From assembly GCA_028534125.1 (NCBI GenBank), contig CM052817.1:96536001-96600000 (forward strand): 64,000 bases of DNA. The letters are read 5' to 3'. The stretch comes from Lama glama. Lineage: Eukaryota. Below, one piece after another: positions 23,761-35,542 of this stretch (positions are counted from its first letter, which is position 1; the number at the start of each line of letters is the position of its first letter). The translations under genes and the position numbers were made by a program. The notes under the pieces are model-generated. The model saw only the letters and a program-made list of their open reading frames with translations, was not told the origin of the DNA and made no database searches.

Positions 23761-26412
23761 AATAAGAAAATAGAATAGAAACATGAGATAATAAAAGGAA
23801 ATAATATGGATTATAATGGGAAAACTACCAATCCTAATGATTCTGATCAAAGAACATTAAAATTAGTGAGTAACATGAATTAAATTACTTAAGGAGTGGA
23901 CAGTATATGCCAAGGTGCACAACACAATATAAATGAAGCAAATTAATAATGTTACTTAGCCTACTGAGTCACAAATGAAAACTTCACTTTAAAACAGGGA
24001 CAATAATTGGTAAATATACAACAGTAGAAACAATCATAGGGGATTATAAGAAGTCAAATGAAATAAATCCAGGATTTATTTAGAACACTAAACAAATCCA
24101 AAAATCCTTAGACTTAAAAGGCAGCATAAATCTCAAGAGTGACAAGAATTTGGAAACTTTTGAAAAAACTAGAATTGAAAAAACATCGTCTAACTGAAGT
24201 ATGTTCTACTGTGAAGCACCACAAAGGAAATAGGAGATTTGTACTTTTATGAGCCAAGCCAAATGAGCTGTGATAGTCTCTCAATAGTCAGCAAGCTAAT
24301 TCCCGAGGGGCTACAAGAAAGGATACAGTATATGAACCAGAAAAGTGTTTTCACCTTAAAATTGCAAAACAAATCTGCCCTGAAATGACTTTAATTTCTG
24401 TTCATTTGCCATAATTAGAAAGATAAAGGCTCTCACCACTGCCTTGGAATAGATTCCAGGTATATTAAGTTCTGTAATATTTTGTCGTTATCTCTATGTT
24501 TTTACCATCTGTTATAAAAATGATAAATTTTAAAAATGAATTAAAATATGTGTTCCCTTTTGTTTATAACTTCCCTTCCAAGACAATATCTATAATGCAA
24601 AGTTCCCAGAAGCAAAGAGCACAAAATGTAGCCTACAGAAGCCAACATGGAAAGCTTCACTAAAAATCCTATCAGCTGTAGAGTTTTCATGCTTTTTGCA
24701 CAAAAAGCAAGGGTCCAGGAACTCTCCTGACCATGATTTTCAGTCAAGGAGATGGGCACCTTCTGTCATCATGGCTCCTCAGAACACAGAAGAGAGTTTA
24801 CAGCATCTTCCTGGAGCATGTTTGATCACACCAGCATATTTGCAAACCTAGTGGGGTCAAGTTGATGTCAAAAGCTAGGTGTTAGACCAGCAATCTGGTT
24901 GAAACCAGTCTAGTATTCTTTAATTTAACAAATTATTGACCACTTACTTCCTTTCAAGCATTTTGCAAAATGTCTGAGATACATTAGTTAAAAAAGCAAG
25001 ATGCCTACATTTGATGGTGTCTACATTCTATGATAAGGAAAATGCCTACAAGGGCCATAATCAACCACAGAGTGAAAGAGGTTCTATAATAATAATGATT
25101 AATATGTATTAGGTATTTATTATTCACTGAGTTCTCTTCTTAGAGATTTACATGCATCAATGATGGGGTAGATTCAATTACTATCCCCAAAGCACTTTGC
25201 AGAATGTTTAAGCATAGAATTTAGCTCTGTAGCCATACCTTACAGGCTGACCTTACAACTCAGTCATAATAATCAACAATCAAAATTATAAATGGAAAGT
25301 AACCTTTCAAAATTGTATAAAAATAAATTTTTTTAAAAATTAAAAAAAAAACCCAGAACAACAATTGAGCACCAAAAACCAAAGAGGAGAGGAGTCTTCA
25401 GTTTTAAAAAGTAAAATAAAGTATCCCAGTTTGGGATACTTTGGCTCACTCAGCATGTGGATTTTCCTCTGATTCCAGTGTAACAATGAAAAATAACCCA
25501 ATTATGGCAACTAGAAATACAAATCAAGAAATTCTGAAGACAGCCAAAGCCTTGTGATCATTAAGAGAGAAGAATGAATATTGTATGTGCAGAAGAAAAC
25601 TTCAGCTCATGAACTGAAGGCATGTTATTCCAAAACAAGAGCATATGATATTACAACTATGAGAAAATAAAACTACACGAGAGAAACCTCCTGAATAAAT
25701 ATTTTGCATGTCTGCTGAAATTTAACAAAAAATTTCAACTCAATTCAGAAGGCTGCTGTGGAGATCTTGAATCTTGGCCAAGAGTTTCTGCCTATGACTG
25801 CAAGCATTAGGAATGCCTGGCAGAGTACCTTGTACATACAGTAGAAAAGAGGAGCCTTTTGACAAATCTGTTTGAACTGATCTGAACCCCCAAATTACGA
25901 AAGGCTCTGTCGGCCTTCCATGTCCAGAAAAAAACAACAGAGCAAATGAGAAAACCTCTATTATCTCATTCCTGATTCTAGGAAAATAAGTTCAGACAAC
26001 TTCGAGGAAAACTCATTTTATTTATGAGTCTCATACTTTGTGCATAAAGAGGCAACAGATGGAAAAGATGTGCTTCCCAGTGAAGAACCTACTCTAAGCC
26101 AGGGATTTTAGAGGCTTTACTTGCTGGGTTTCAAATTTTATACACCATGAATATGATAGACTAATTTAGATTACTGGGATCTTCCCAAAACTCAAAATAT
26201 TAAGACTTCCCTTATCTGGAATAGGTCTGAATGAAAAGAAAGTCTTAGATGTTGCAGAGTCTGGGAATAGGACACTAATCTTTTTCATACAATAGAATCG
26301 ACACCTCTAAATCTATGACTGTATCATCTGTATTTACCACAGAATTTAGGACATTAATCAGTCTGCAGAAACTCTGCTCTCAGTAGTCGTCATTCTATCT
26401 CCTCACCCTTAC

Positions 26413-26540
26413 TTAAGTTTCAGTGGAGTCAACTGTTTTTCTCTTTCTTTCAGCCAAATGTCAGGTGCTTCGAAGACGGTCCAAGGAATAGTCTCGGGAT
26501 AGGCTTGGTAGTTTGTTTCCATTGAATAAAATCTATTCAT
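26413..26540 (-). CDS. Candidate alternative first coding exon (MNRFYSMETNYQAYPETIPWTVFEAPDIWLKEREKQLTPLKL), host gene unidentified
   Basis: Open frame from an ATG to the donor TAA|GTAAGG (phase 2), with CpGs retained in an AT-rich context. No protein is recognised, and a competing + strand 54-nt exon reading exists. Confidence 0.2.
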
Positions 26541-27559
26541 TCTTTCTTACTAGTTTAGCTTGTAAATGGTTTTCAAAAATTATTATATATTCATAAATGT
26601 TAATTAATCCAATTGATTAATAAAATACTGACTCAGCTCCCATTAGCATTGCCACTGTCTCTGCCTATTGTTTCTCACCAATAGACAGAAAATGTAAGCC
26701 TTTGCTAGCAGTAGACATAACCCAAACAGTCACCCCTAGAACACAGATTCCAAAAGAGAAAATAAATATTGATACTAAAATGTAGGGAAAAGTGTATTAC
26801 ATTTTTTCATAAGACCGACTGTATGGAATTGCTTTGGGTACCACTTAATTTCATGGATGAAACCAACAGTGAAATCTATAAACATATTTTCCATTTTAAA
26901 ATAAAAAATTTTGACCTGAGTTCTGTCAGATGGCTGCCTTGAAGTAGCTGAATTATTGAAAATAGCCTTAACACAGTCTTCCATGAAGTATGCATGCTCT
27001 TATAAGTTTGGATACATTTATTTATAAGTTAACATTTTAAAAGTTTGTGTGCATCTATCTCTAAATATTTATGAGTGTACTTCCACATTAAGTCAGGAGA
27101 CAGGAATGAAAAACTGAAAGAAACATTTTCAGTGCAGTGAACATATTCAAATCTCAGTTTTTGTTTTTTTAAAAAAAGGAATGAACCTAAAATTCTAATT
27201 CTTATGCTATTTTTAAATCATTTTATTGAGGTATGATTGACTGTACTTTACTCATTCATTCATTCATGTGTTTATTATTTCTCACTCTTTCTCTGACATA
27301 TTACCCTCGATTAACCTTGCTGGCACCACAGTATGTGTTACACTAAGAGTTGTTTAAGAAAGTGTTATAATATCGACTTAACTGTCCCACTAATATTCTT
27401 TCTCTGGGAGAGTAATAAGAGACCTATGATGCATGCCCAGGGCAGGTGAGAGTAGAGTGTTAATGGTATAGAAAATAGTCATCCCAATATTATTCTTCCC
27501 AACATCCACCATAAATACTATACATTTCTTTTCAGAGTCGATTCTGGGCCAATGATTTG

Positions 27560-27890
27560 TCACAGAATAGGATTAAGAGATACTTATTGCTAATGATGGG
27601 GGTGGGTATAGCTCAGTGGTAAAGTGCATGTAAAGTGCATGTCTAGCATGCATGAGGTGCTGGGTTCAATCCCAAGTACCTCCATTAAATAAACAAACAA
27701 ACCTAGACACCCCCCCCAACCAAGAAAAAAAATTGCTAATGAATATGGGGCTTCTTTGGAGGTGAAATATTCTAAAATTAGATTATGGTGATGGGGGCAC
27801 AACCCTGTGAATATATCACCATTGAACTGTACACTTTAACTAGATGAATTGTATGGCATGTGAGTTAAATCTCAATAAGGCTATTTTAAA
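27560..27890 (+). mobile_element. L1MB-type 3' end, interrupted by a SINE
   Basis: TTCTAAAATTAGATTATGGTGATG...CCATTGAACTGTACACTTTAA...TCTCAATAAGGCT. Confidence 0.8.
27598..27731 (+). mobile_element. Camelid tRNA-derived SINE (Vic-1-like)
   Basis: A box TAGCTCAGTGG, B box GGTTCAATCC, C-run and A tail. TSD ATTGCTAATGA at 27586-27596 and 27732-27742. Confidence 0.9.
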
Positions 27891-28434
27891 AAGATGTATT
27901 GTGTCCAGATAGCAGGAATTTTAATGATTATTTTAAGAGGTTGTAGATTATAGAATGAATTCTAATTCAGGCTTTGGAGTTAGACTGACCTACGTTTGAT
28001 TTGGGGGTTTTGGGGAGGGTGGGAAGGAACAGAATCACTTTCTTTCTCTACACAACAGCAGAGTGGAAAGAGGGGAGGAGGCAAAGGAAGTGCATAACCC
28101 ACCAACAAACCTCTCTAAGAAAATCTTCACCACTCACATTTTTTTTTCTTTTTACCTTTTCACCTCTTTGACCCATTTCTCCCACCAACCCCTGCCCCAT
28201 CTTCTGCCTCTGGCAATGACCAATCTGTTCTCTGTATCTATGAGCTTTTTTTTCCTTTTTTCTTTTTTTTCTTTCTTTCTTTTCTTTTTTTTTTAGATTC
28301 CACATTTAAGAGAGATCATACAGTACTGTCTTTCTCTTTTGACTTATTTCAGCCTAATTCCATCAAGGTCTCTGCTGTCGTAAGTGTCAAGATTTCATTA
28401 TTTTTCATAGCTGAATAATATTCCATCGTATATC

Positions 28435-28892
28435 TAGGCACATCTTCTTTTATTGCACTTCTCAGATATTGAGTTTTTCACAAAGTAAAGGTTTGTAGGA
28501 ACCCTGTGTCAAGCAAGTCTATCAGTGTCACTTTTCCAACAGCATTTGCTCACCTCATGTCTCTGTGTCATTTGGGGGTAATTTTCACAATAGTTTTGAA
28601 CTTTTTAATTATTATTATAATATTTGTTATGGTGACCTGACCTCTGATCAGTAATCTTTGATATTACTTTTATAATTGTTTGGGCATTTTTTAGCAATGC
28701 AGTATTTTTTTAAATTAAGGTATGTACTTTATTTTAGACAATGCTATTGCACACTTAATAGACTACAGTATAGTATAAATATAATTTCATATGCACTGTG
28801 AAACAAAAAATTCATATGACTTGCTTTATTGTGCTATTTGTTTTATTGCAGTGGTCTGAAACAAAACCTGCACTATCTCTGGGGTATGTCTG
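28435..28892 (+). mobile_element. Tigger1 internal-deletion derivative nested in L1
   Basis: AGGCACATC...TTTTATTGCACTT start, AAGGTTTGTAGGAACCCTG, ATGCTATTGCACACTTAATAGACTACAGTATAGT, and end TATCTCTGGGGTATGTCTG. The L1 sequence is colinear across the insertion. Confidence 0.9.
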
Positions 28893-30148
28893 TTTATACC
28901 ACAATTTCTTTATCCATTCATCAATCAATGTGCATTTAGGTTGCTTCCATATCTTGGTTATCATAAATAATGCTGCAATGAACACTGGGGTGCATATATC
29001 TCTTCAAGTTAGTGTTTTGGGGATTTTTTTAGATAAATATTCATAAGAGGAACTTCTATTTTTTTTTTTAATTTTTTGAAGAGCCTCCATACTGTTTTCT
29101 GTAAGCACTTACGCCAATTTACATTCCCATCAACAGTACCCAGGCCTTCCTTTTTCTTCACATCCTTGCCAACACTTGTTATTTCTTGTCTTTTTGATAA
29201 TAGCCATTCTAATAGTGTGATTTCATACAAATTTTAGTATTATTTTTCCAACTTCTTTGAAAAGTGCCATTGGAAATTTGATACGGATTGTATTGAATCT
29301 GTAGATTGCTTTGGGTATTATAGACATTTTAACAATATCAATTCTTCCAATGAATAAGCATGGACTATCTTTTCATTTACTTGTGTCTTCAGTTCCTTTC
29401 ATTACTGTCTCACAGTTTTCAATATACAGGTCTTTCACCTCCTTGGTTAAATTTATTTCCAGGTATTATAGTCTTTTGATGCAATTACAAATGGGATTGC
29501 TTCTTAAATTCTCTTTCTGATAGTTTGTTATTAGTGTACAGACATGCAATAGATTTTCATATATTGATTTTGTATTCTGAAACTTTACTGAATTCATTTA
29601 TTAGTTCTAACAGTTTTTTTGATGATGTCTTTAGGGTGTTCTATATATAATACAATATTATCTTCAAATAGTGATAGCTTTACTTCTTTTTTTATTTCTT
29701 TTTCTTGCTTAATTACTCTGGCTAGGACTTTCATTATTGCTGAATAAAAGTGGCAATAATGGATACACTTGTTTTGTTCCTGACCTTAAGAGGAGAAGCT
29801 TCAGCTTTTCACCACTGAGTACAATGTTAGCTGTGGGCTTGTCATAGCTGGCCTTTATCATGTTGAGGTACATACCCTCTCTGCCCACAATTGAGAGTTT
29901 TTATCATAAATAGATGCTGAATTTTGTCAAATGCTTTTTTATGCATCTATTGAGAAGATCAAAAGAATTTTAGTCTTCATTTTGTTAATGTGGTGTATCA
30001 GATTGATCAGAGAATGTTGAACTACTCTTGCAATCCTGGAATAAATCCCACTTAATAATTTGTATGATCAATATATTGTTGAATTTGTTTTGCTAATATT
30101 TTGTTGAGGGTTTTGCATCTATTCTCATTGGTGATATTGGCTTGTAAT

Positions 30149-30149
30149 T

Positions 30150-30204
<55 letters not shown>

Positions 30205-30206
30205 TT
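30149..30206. repeat. (TTTA)n microsatellite
   Basis: Directly visible, about 14 units. Confidence 0.95.
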
Positions 30207-30276
30207 AATTTGTAGGGTCCTTGTCAGGGTAATGTTGGTCTCATAAAATGAGTTTGGAAGATTTCCCTCCATTTTG

Positions 30277-30776
30277 NNNNNNNNNNNNNNNNNNNNNNNN
30301 NNNNNNNNNNNNNNNNNNNNNNNNNNNNNNNNNNNNNNNNNNNNNNNNNNNNNNNNNNNNNNNNNNNNNNNNNNNNNNNNNNNNNNNNNNNNNNNNNNNN
30401 NNNNNNNNNNNNNNNNNNNNNNNNNNNNNNNNNNNNNNNNNNNNNNNNNNNNNNNNNNNNNNNNNNNNNNNNNNNNNNNNNNNNNNNNNNNNNNNNNNNN
30501 NNNNNNNNNNNNNNNNNNNNNNNNNNNNNNNNNNNNNNNNNNNNNNNNNNNNNNNNNNNNNNNNNNNNNNNNNNNNNNNNNNNNNNNNNNNNNNNNNNNN
30601 NNNNNNNNNNNNNNNNNNNNNNNNNNNNNNNNNNNNNNNNNNNNNNNNNNNNNNNNNNNNNNNNNNNNNNNNNNNNNNNNNNNNNNNNNNNNNNNNNNNN
30701 NNNNNNNNNNNNNNNNNNNNNNNNNNNNNNNNNNNNNNNNNNNNNNNNNNNNNNNNNNNNNNNNNNNNNNNNNNNN
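30277..30776. other. Assembly gap (500 N)
   Basis: Run of exactly 500 N. The L1 on the left does not resume on the right. Confidence 1.
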
Positions 30777-31197
30777 CCTATGGGATTACAATGACTACAG
30801 GTCCAAATAATGATTTTTTTAAATCATAATCACAAAAGTTTCTCTATCAGTAAGATACTTGCTGCTATAATGATTAATCAGCATTTGTAAGATGGCTAGA
30901 TTGGGCTCTTTCTTAAGTTCTGGCTAGGACTCTCCTAGCAGGCAGACACGAATACTGTCCCCAGAAATCGGCCTGTTTTCCAGTTTCCCTGCTCGGTCCC
31001 CTCCCTCCCTCCTGGCGGGCTAATGAATCATCTCCTCATTCTAGTTGCTATCTGGCCCTCTTTGCCTCTAATTCGCAGGAAGTTTACAAATACTATTCAT
31101 ACCTTCAAAAGACACACAGAGACTTCCCACACGTTTATACCTTCAACTCTCTCCTTATGGAATGACAACCATTTAATCTAATGACTGTTCTACTCAC

Positions 31198-31483
31198 CAG
31201 GTTGGTAGAGGAAAGATGGTAAAAGTGGCTATTTCAATGTGCCCTGGGTACAGGTTCTTCTTACTGGTTATGACCATTGCTCTTCATGTACAGAACAACA
31301 TGCTCTACATAACCCTGCTGCTTTTGACATACTTCTTCCCAGGGCCCTGCACCGAGGGAAACCACCCTGCCGCCTTCCGACTCAGAATCTCATTGCTGTA
31401 GCCTTCCAGGGTTCTGTAGACCGTGGGTGCGTAGGGTCAGCAAGACTGTAGGACAATTGCTTATTGTTACAGGGGGCCCTAAA
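31198..31483 (-). other. Candidate exon (5' UTR or first-coding) of an unidentified minus-strand gene
   Basis: Acceptor TCTTTATTTATTGCAG| at 31484 and donor CTG|GTGAGT at 31197. Locally GC/CpG-richer. The ATG at 31277 (GCAATGG) is open to the donor in phase 2. Confidence 0.3.
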
Positions 31484-32525
31484 CTGCAATAAATAAAGAT
31501 AATCCAAAGAGGGGAGATTGCTATGAAAAGTTTTAAAGAGATACACACTTTTCTGTCACTGGTAAAACGCTACTGTAAATCAGAGCACTGAAATCCGAAG
31601 ACTTGCTGGGTCCGGTGACTCCACTTTAATGTCAACACACTCCCAGTGCTGTTTTGCTGCTACCTACCCCCCTACACACACCTCTCTCTCTCTCTCTCTT
31701 TTTTCTTTTTAGGAGTAAGTTTTCCCACACACTGTGGTTTTAAAGTGCAAATAAATACAAGACCCAGTCACTGTTTGGATTCAGTGTTTTCACTTGGAAC
31801 CAGTGCCTTACAGATTATGACATGCAGCACATAGAAAATGGGATTAGAAAAGGTGCTATGGCCATAGGGTTGTCCTCGGGCTGTAGAAGGCAGGGAAAAC
31901 CCTTCATTATTCTCCCCTCAGACTGAGGGAGCTCAGGATAGATATGTGTCACCTCTAATGTCATCGTCTCCCTCTCAGGCTTTGTCTCCCTGTCTCCCTT
32001 TTCCCTTCACTGTCTTCCCCCCCGCACCCACCCCTCCTCCTCCCTCTCCTTGGCTCCCAGGACCAAAGGAAGGCAGAAGAGTCTAAGAGTGGCTCCACCA
32101 TCCCCTAATGAATTAATAACCATGCCCAGTCTCAACGCCAGCCAGGAAGGACGGTTCAATTCCAAATAAAGAGTGTTTGGAATCCTTAAAAGATGTGCAC
32201 TGAGAGTTAAAGAATTGGGGTTTTATTATTGTTATTGCTGTAAAAGCTGTTAGAATATTTAGGTTTTAAAAAGAAAGGATCAAAAACTGTTACATCAATC
32301 AGTGTTCATGCCAGCTAATTTTTTAAAATACACTAAGAAAAGTTGGAATTTTTTTATTGAAAATAAACATTTTAATGGAAATATAAAAAGAAATCACTGT
32401 TTCTATCCAATACATAAAGTTAGGGTGGAGGGCTAACAATACAGATGTGCTATACAGAATGCCTAGGAGAAAAAAAAATGCTGCTGTTTGAAATTATAAT
32501 CAAATCTCCTAAATTAAGAAGTGGT

Positions 32526-32707
32526 CAGGGAACTATATTCAATATCCAGGGAACTATATTCAATATCTTATAGCAACCTATGGTGAAAAAGAATGTGAAA
32601 ACGAACATATGTATGTTCCTTTAGACTGAAGCACTGTGCTGTACACCAGAAATTGACACAACATTGTAAACTGACTATACTTCAGTAAAAACATATTTTT
32701 TAAAAAA
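32526..32707 (+). mobile_element. Young L1 3' end, severely 5' truncated
   Basis: CAGGGAACTATATTCAATATC...GTGCTGTACACCAGAAATTGACACAACATTGTAAACTGACTATACTTCA followed by an A/T tail. Confidence 0.9.
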
Positions 32708-33221
32708 GAATAGCTTTCATGTGACCAAGTTAAATAGCATATTTTCCTTTATAATCCTGTTTCTTGCAGTTCCTGATATTTAGAACACAGATATACTAGG
32801 AATGACAGGAAAATAAAACATGAAATAAACCAGTACATAATTTCATGAATGTATACAATTCCCCATAAGACACTGAGGAGAGATTCTCACTTTAGCTCTC
32901 TAGTCACGGCTTATCCTGCATAAAAAGACCCCTCTACCTGGAGGGAAAGGTAACTTGTACAAGGTCTATGTTTCCAGTAAACAAAAGATGCTCTGCAATG
33001 CAGCCTAGAACTCACTGAAATGGGGACTCTTTGGGCAATGGGGCTTGAGGAAAGTTTTCAGCAAATCATATTATTCATCAAACATCATTTTCGCTTCCTT
33101 TCTGAAGCTATTGTTTGGGACTGCTGTTTCAATTTGGGTGACAGAATATATATGTAAAGTAAGGAAGAAATTCTGATAAAGAGAAGTTAATCAAAAACTG
33201 AAGGGCTCAGGCAGATACTCA

Positions 33222-33223
<2 letters not shown>

Positions 33224-33256
<33 letters not shown>
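33224..33256. repeat. (CA)n microsatellite
   Basis: Directly visible. Confidence 0.95.
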
Positions 33257-33258
<2 letters not shown>

Positions 33259-33749
33259 CATCGCTGTGCACTCGGAACATTCTTTTGTTCATTGTTTACT
33301 GTATTTAGGGGCAGTATAATGCAGAAATGTATTCAAATGGCCACTATGTAATTGAAGGTATTTTATTAGTCATCTAAATAAATGTAGAATCATCAAAAAT
33401 TAAACATTCTACATATAAAACTGGACTTCCTGATTGCAAAGCTAGAATAAATAGTTTACACAATTTAATATAAAGCCCCATCAGTTTTATTCCTAAGTTT
33501 TTAAAAAGTGACAACATATCGAAGCATATTTATACTGTTGCTGGTTAGCTGGTGTAACAGGATAAAATAGGGCCAAGGTTTTCCTCCCAAGACATCAGTT
33601 AACCTGACTTTGAAGCTCAAGCAAGAGGGACAGGGGTGGGGTGGGGCGCAGAATTCTAGGTGATCCTAAAATGCAAACCAGCATTCGTTCAGTCTTCAGT
33701 CAAAATTTAAGTGGAAAAGGCTTTGCTGAAAGGAAAAGGGCACATGCCC

Positions 33750-34240
33750 ACCAATCCAGCAATCCTTCTAAATATATACACCTTCACAGGCCCACAAAGG
33801 AATATGTATAGGGACGTTCACAGAAGCATTGTTTATGGTTGCAAACAGAGGAAGAAACAGGATTTCTATTCCTGAGAATGTTAAAATATCAAATTTTCCC
33901 CCAATGAGTACAAACTCAGAGGCAGAACTCATGAGCCAATCTTACACTGAGCAACATAGAAATAGCTCAAAAACATAATGCTTAATTTTTCTAAGCAAGA
34001 AATGGAATGAGATTTATAGCAGAATACCATTTATATATTTTTAAGACATACTCAGTACAATACTATATATCTTCAATGGTATACTTAAATCTGTGTGTAT
34101 ATATATAATAACTTTATATATTATATATAGTACTTACAGGTGTATCTAGACGCACACATATATATGACAAGAATCGCAAGAACATAACATTAAGTACATT
34201 AGAGCGCATGTCTATCAGGAAAAAGAATGGCAGTGGAGAT
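33750..34240 (+). mobile_element. Old L1ME-like 3' fragment
   Basis: CCAGCAATCCTTCT...GACGTTCACAGAAGCATTGTTTAT...AAAAACATAATGCT. Confidence 0.55.
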
Positions 34241-34881
34241 TGGACACCACAGGGTAAAATAAAATGAAACAAAAGAAAGGCTTGTGGCAGCCAATCTACA
34301 ATAGCATGTGCTGTAAATGAGGTCCATAATTGACTCAGTTCTGTGTACTTGACAAAACAATAAATAAATAAGCACAAAGGACTTTCAAACCACAGTTACT
34401 GACATTGGATATTGGGATAAACTGGCATATCTAAACAACCAGTCATATCTATAAATAAAATTCATATGCAGGGTACGAAAATGATATTATAAAAGACATA
34501 GCAAAAACTTATAGATTGGTGGTATCCTTAAGCTATAAGAATAGTTTGACTTATAGTTAAGTACAATTTGGAAATCTTAAAAAAATCTCACACTGAAATT
34601 TTTTATTTGGCAAATCTATTTATGAGTCTAATTACATTTAAACAGATGAAAAAAAGAAAATCACAGTAAGGAGAAACCATCGGAATAGTTTAATGCAACA
34701 ACGGTGCTCACAGGACACATCTGGATCTGACTTAAGGAATCAGGGTTATCACAGACATCACCACCACCCCCTGGAACAGGCAGTCACATCAGGCAACAGT
34801 TTTACTGCTTTGCTCCATGTTGTGTGCATGAACTGAGAAGCTGAGAAGAGAAGCAATGTTTATATATGTGTATGTGCGTAT

Positions 34882-34920
<39 letters not shown>

Positions 34921-34937
34921 TCTATATATATATATAT
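34882..34937. repeat. Compound (TG)n(TA)n microsatellite
   Basis: Directly visible. Confidence 0.95.
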
Positions 34938-35396
34938 GAAATTCTGTCTCAATGATCTAGCTCTTTGAGGTGAAACAGTGGGTTTTGCTCTGCATGAAGA
35001 CAATGTCATGTCCAAATTCACTTCATATGGATCAGACATGGTTACACTGAACATTGTCTGATAAATGTCTGCCAAGTTCTATGAAAGGTAAACCACTGTG
35101 TTAAAGACAACTAATCAAAGCCATTCTGAGTGATCCATAATAGTTATCCAACCATATACAAATGTGGAAACTAGAGAGAGCATCTCTTGGACTTTCGTCA
35201 TTCTAGTATCTTTAAAGATACTTTAATATTTTAATTTCCAAAAAAAGTATGTACATATCAACTATATATTTATAGTTATATACAGTTAGATATAATCAAA
35301 ACTAATAGACTATATTACTTAGATAACAGAAGCAATATTTAAAATGTTTTGATCACTTATGTCTTCACTGCTAAGAAAGCTGAATTAAATAATAGA

Positions 35397-35542
35397 GGGG
35401 AGGGTATAGCTCAGTGGTAGAGTTTGTGCTCAGTATGCACAAGGTCCTGGCTTCAGTCCCCAGTACCTCCATTAAAGAATAAAGAAATAAATCTAATTAC
35501 CTCCTCCCGCCCCCCAAAAAATAAAAAAAGAATCTTAATAAA
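35397..35542 (+). mobile_element. Camelid tRNA-derived SINE (Vic-1-like)
   Basis: GGGGAGGGTATAGCTCAGTGGTAGAG...CCCCAGTACCTCCATTAA...CTAATTACCTCC. Probable TSD TAAATAATA at 35386-35394 and 35543-35551. Confidence 0.9.

Larger units (their letters stand above)
28135..30276 (-). mobile_element. L1 (L1MA/artiodactyl-type) 3' UTR and ORF2, running into the assembly gap
   Basis: Continuous antisense L1 motifs; the minus translation includes TVWRLFKKLK. Interrupted by Tigger1 and (TTTA)n, with an apparent internal deletion near 29220. Confidence 0.9.

Noticed and set aside
25740..25960. Possible minus-strand internal exon (HGRPTEPFVIWG...)
   Set aside because: The pyrimidine tract ends in CTGG rather than AG, the donor is weak, and no homology is recognised.
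27598..27690. tRNA-like sequence (also at 35397 and 61185)
   Set aside because: A shared non-tRNA 3' body, A tail and TSDs show these are SINE copies, not tRNA genes.
30248..30829. 193-aa and 178-aa ORFs
   Set aside because: They consist almost entirely of X translated from the N gap.
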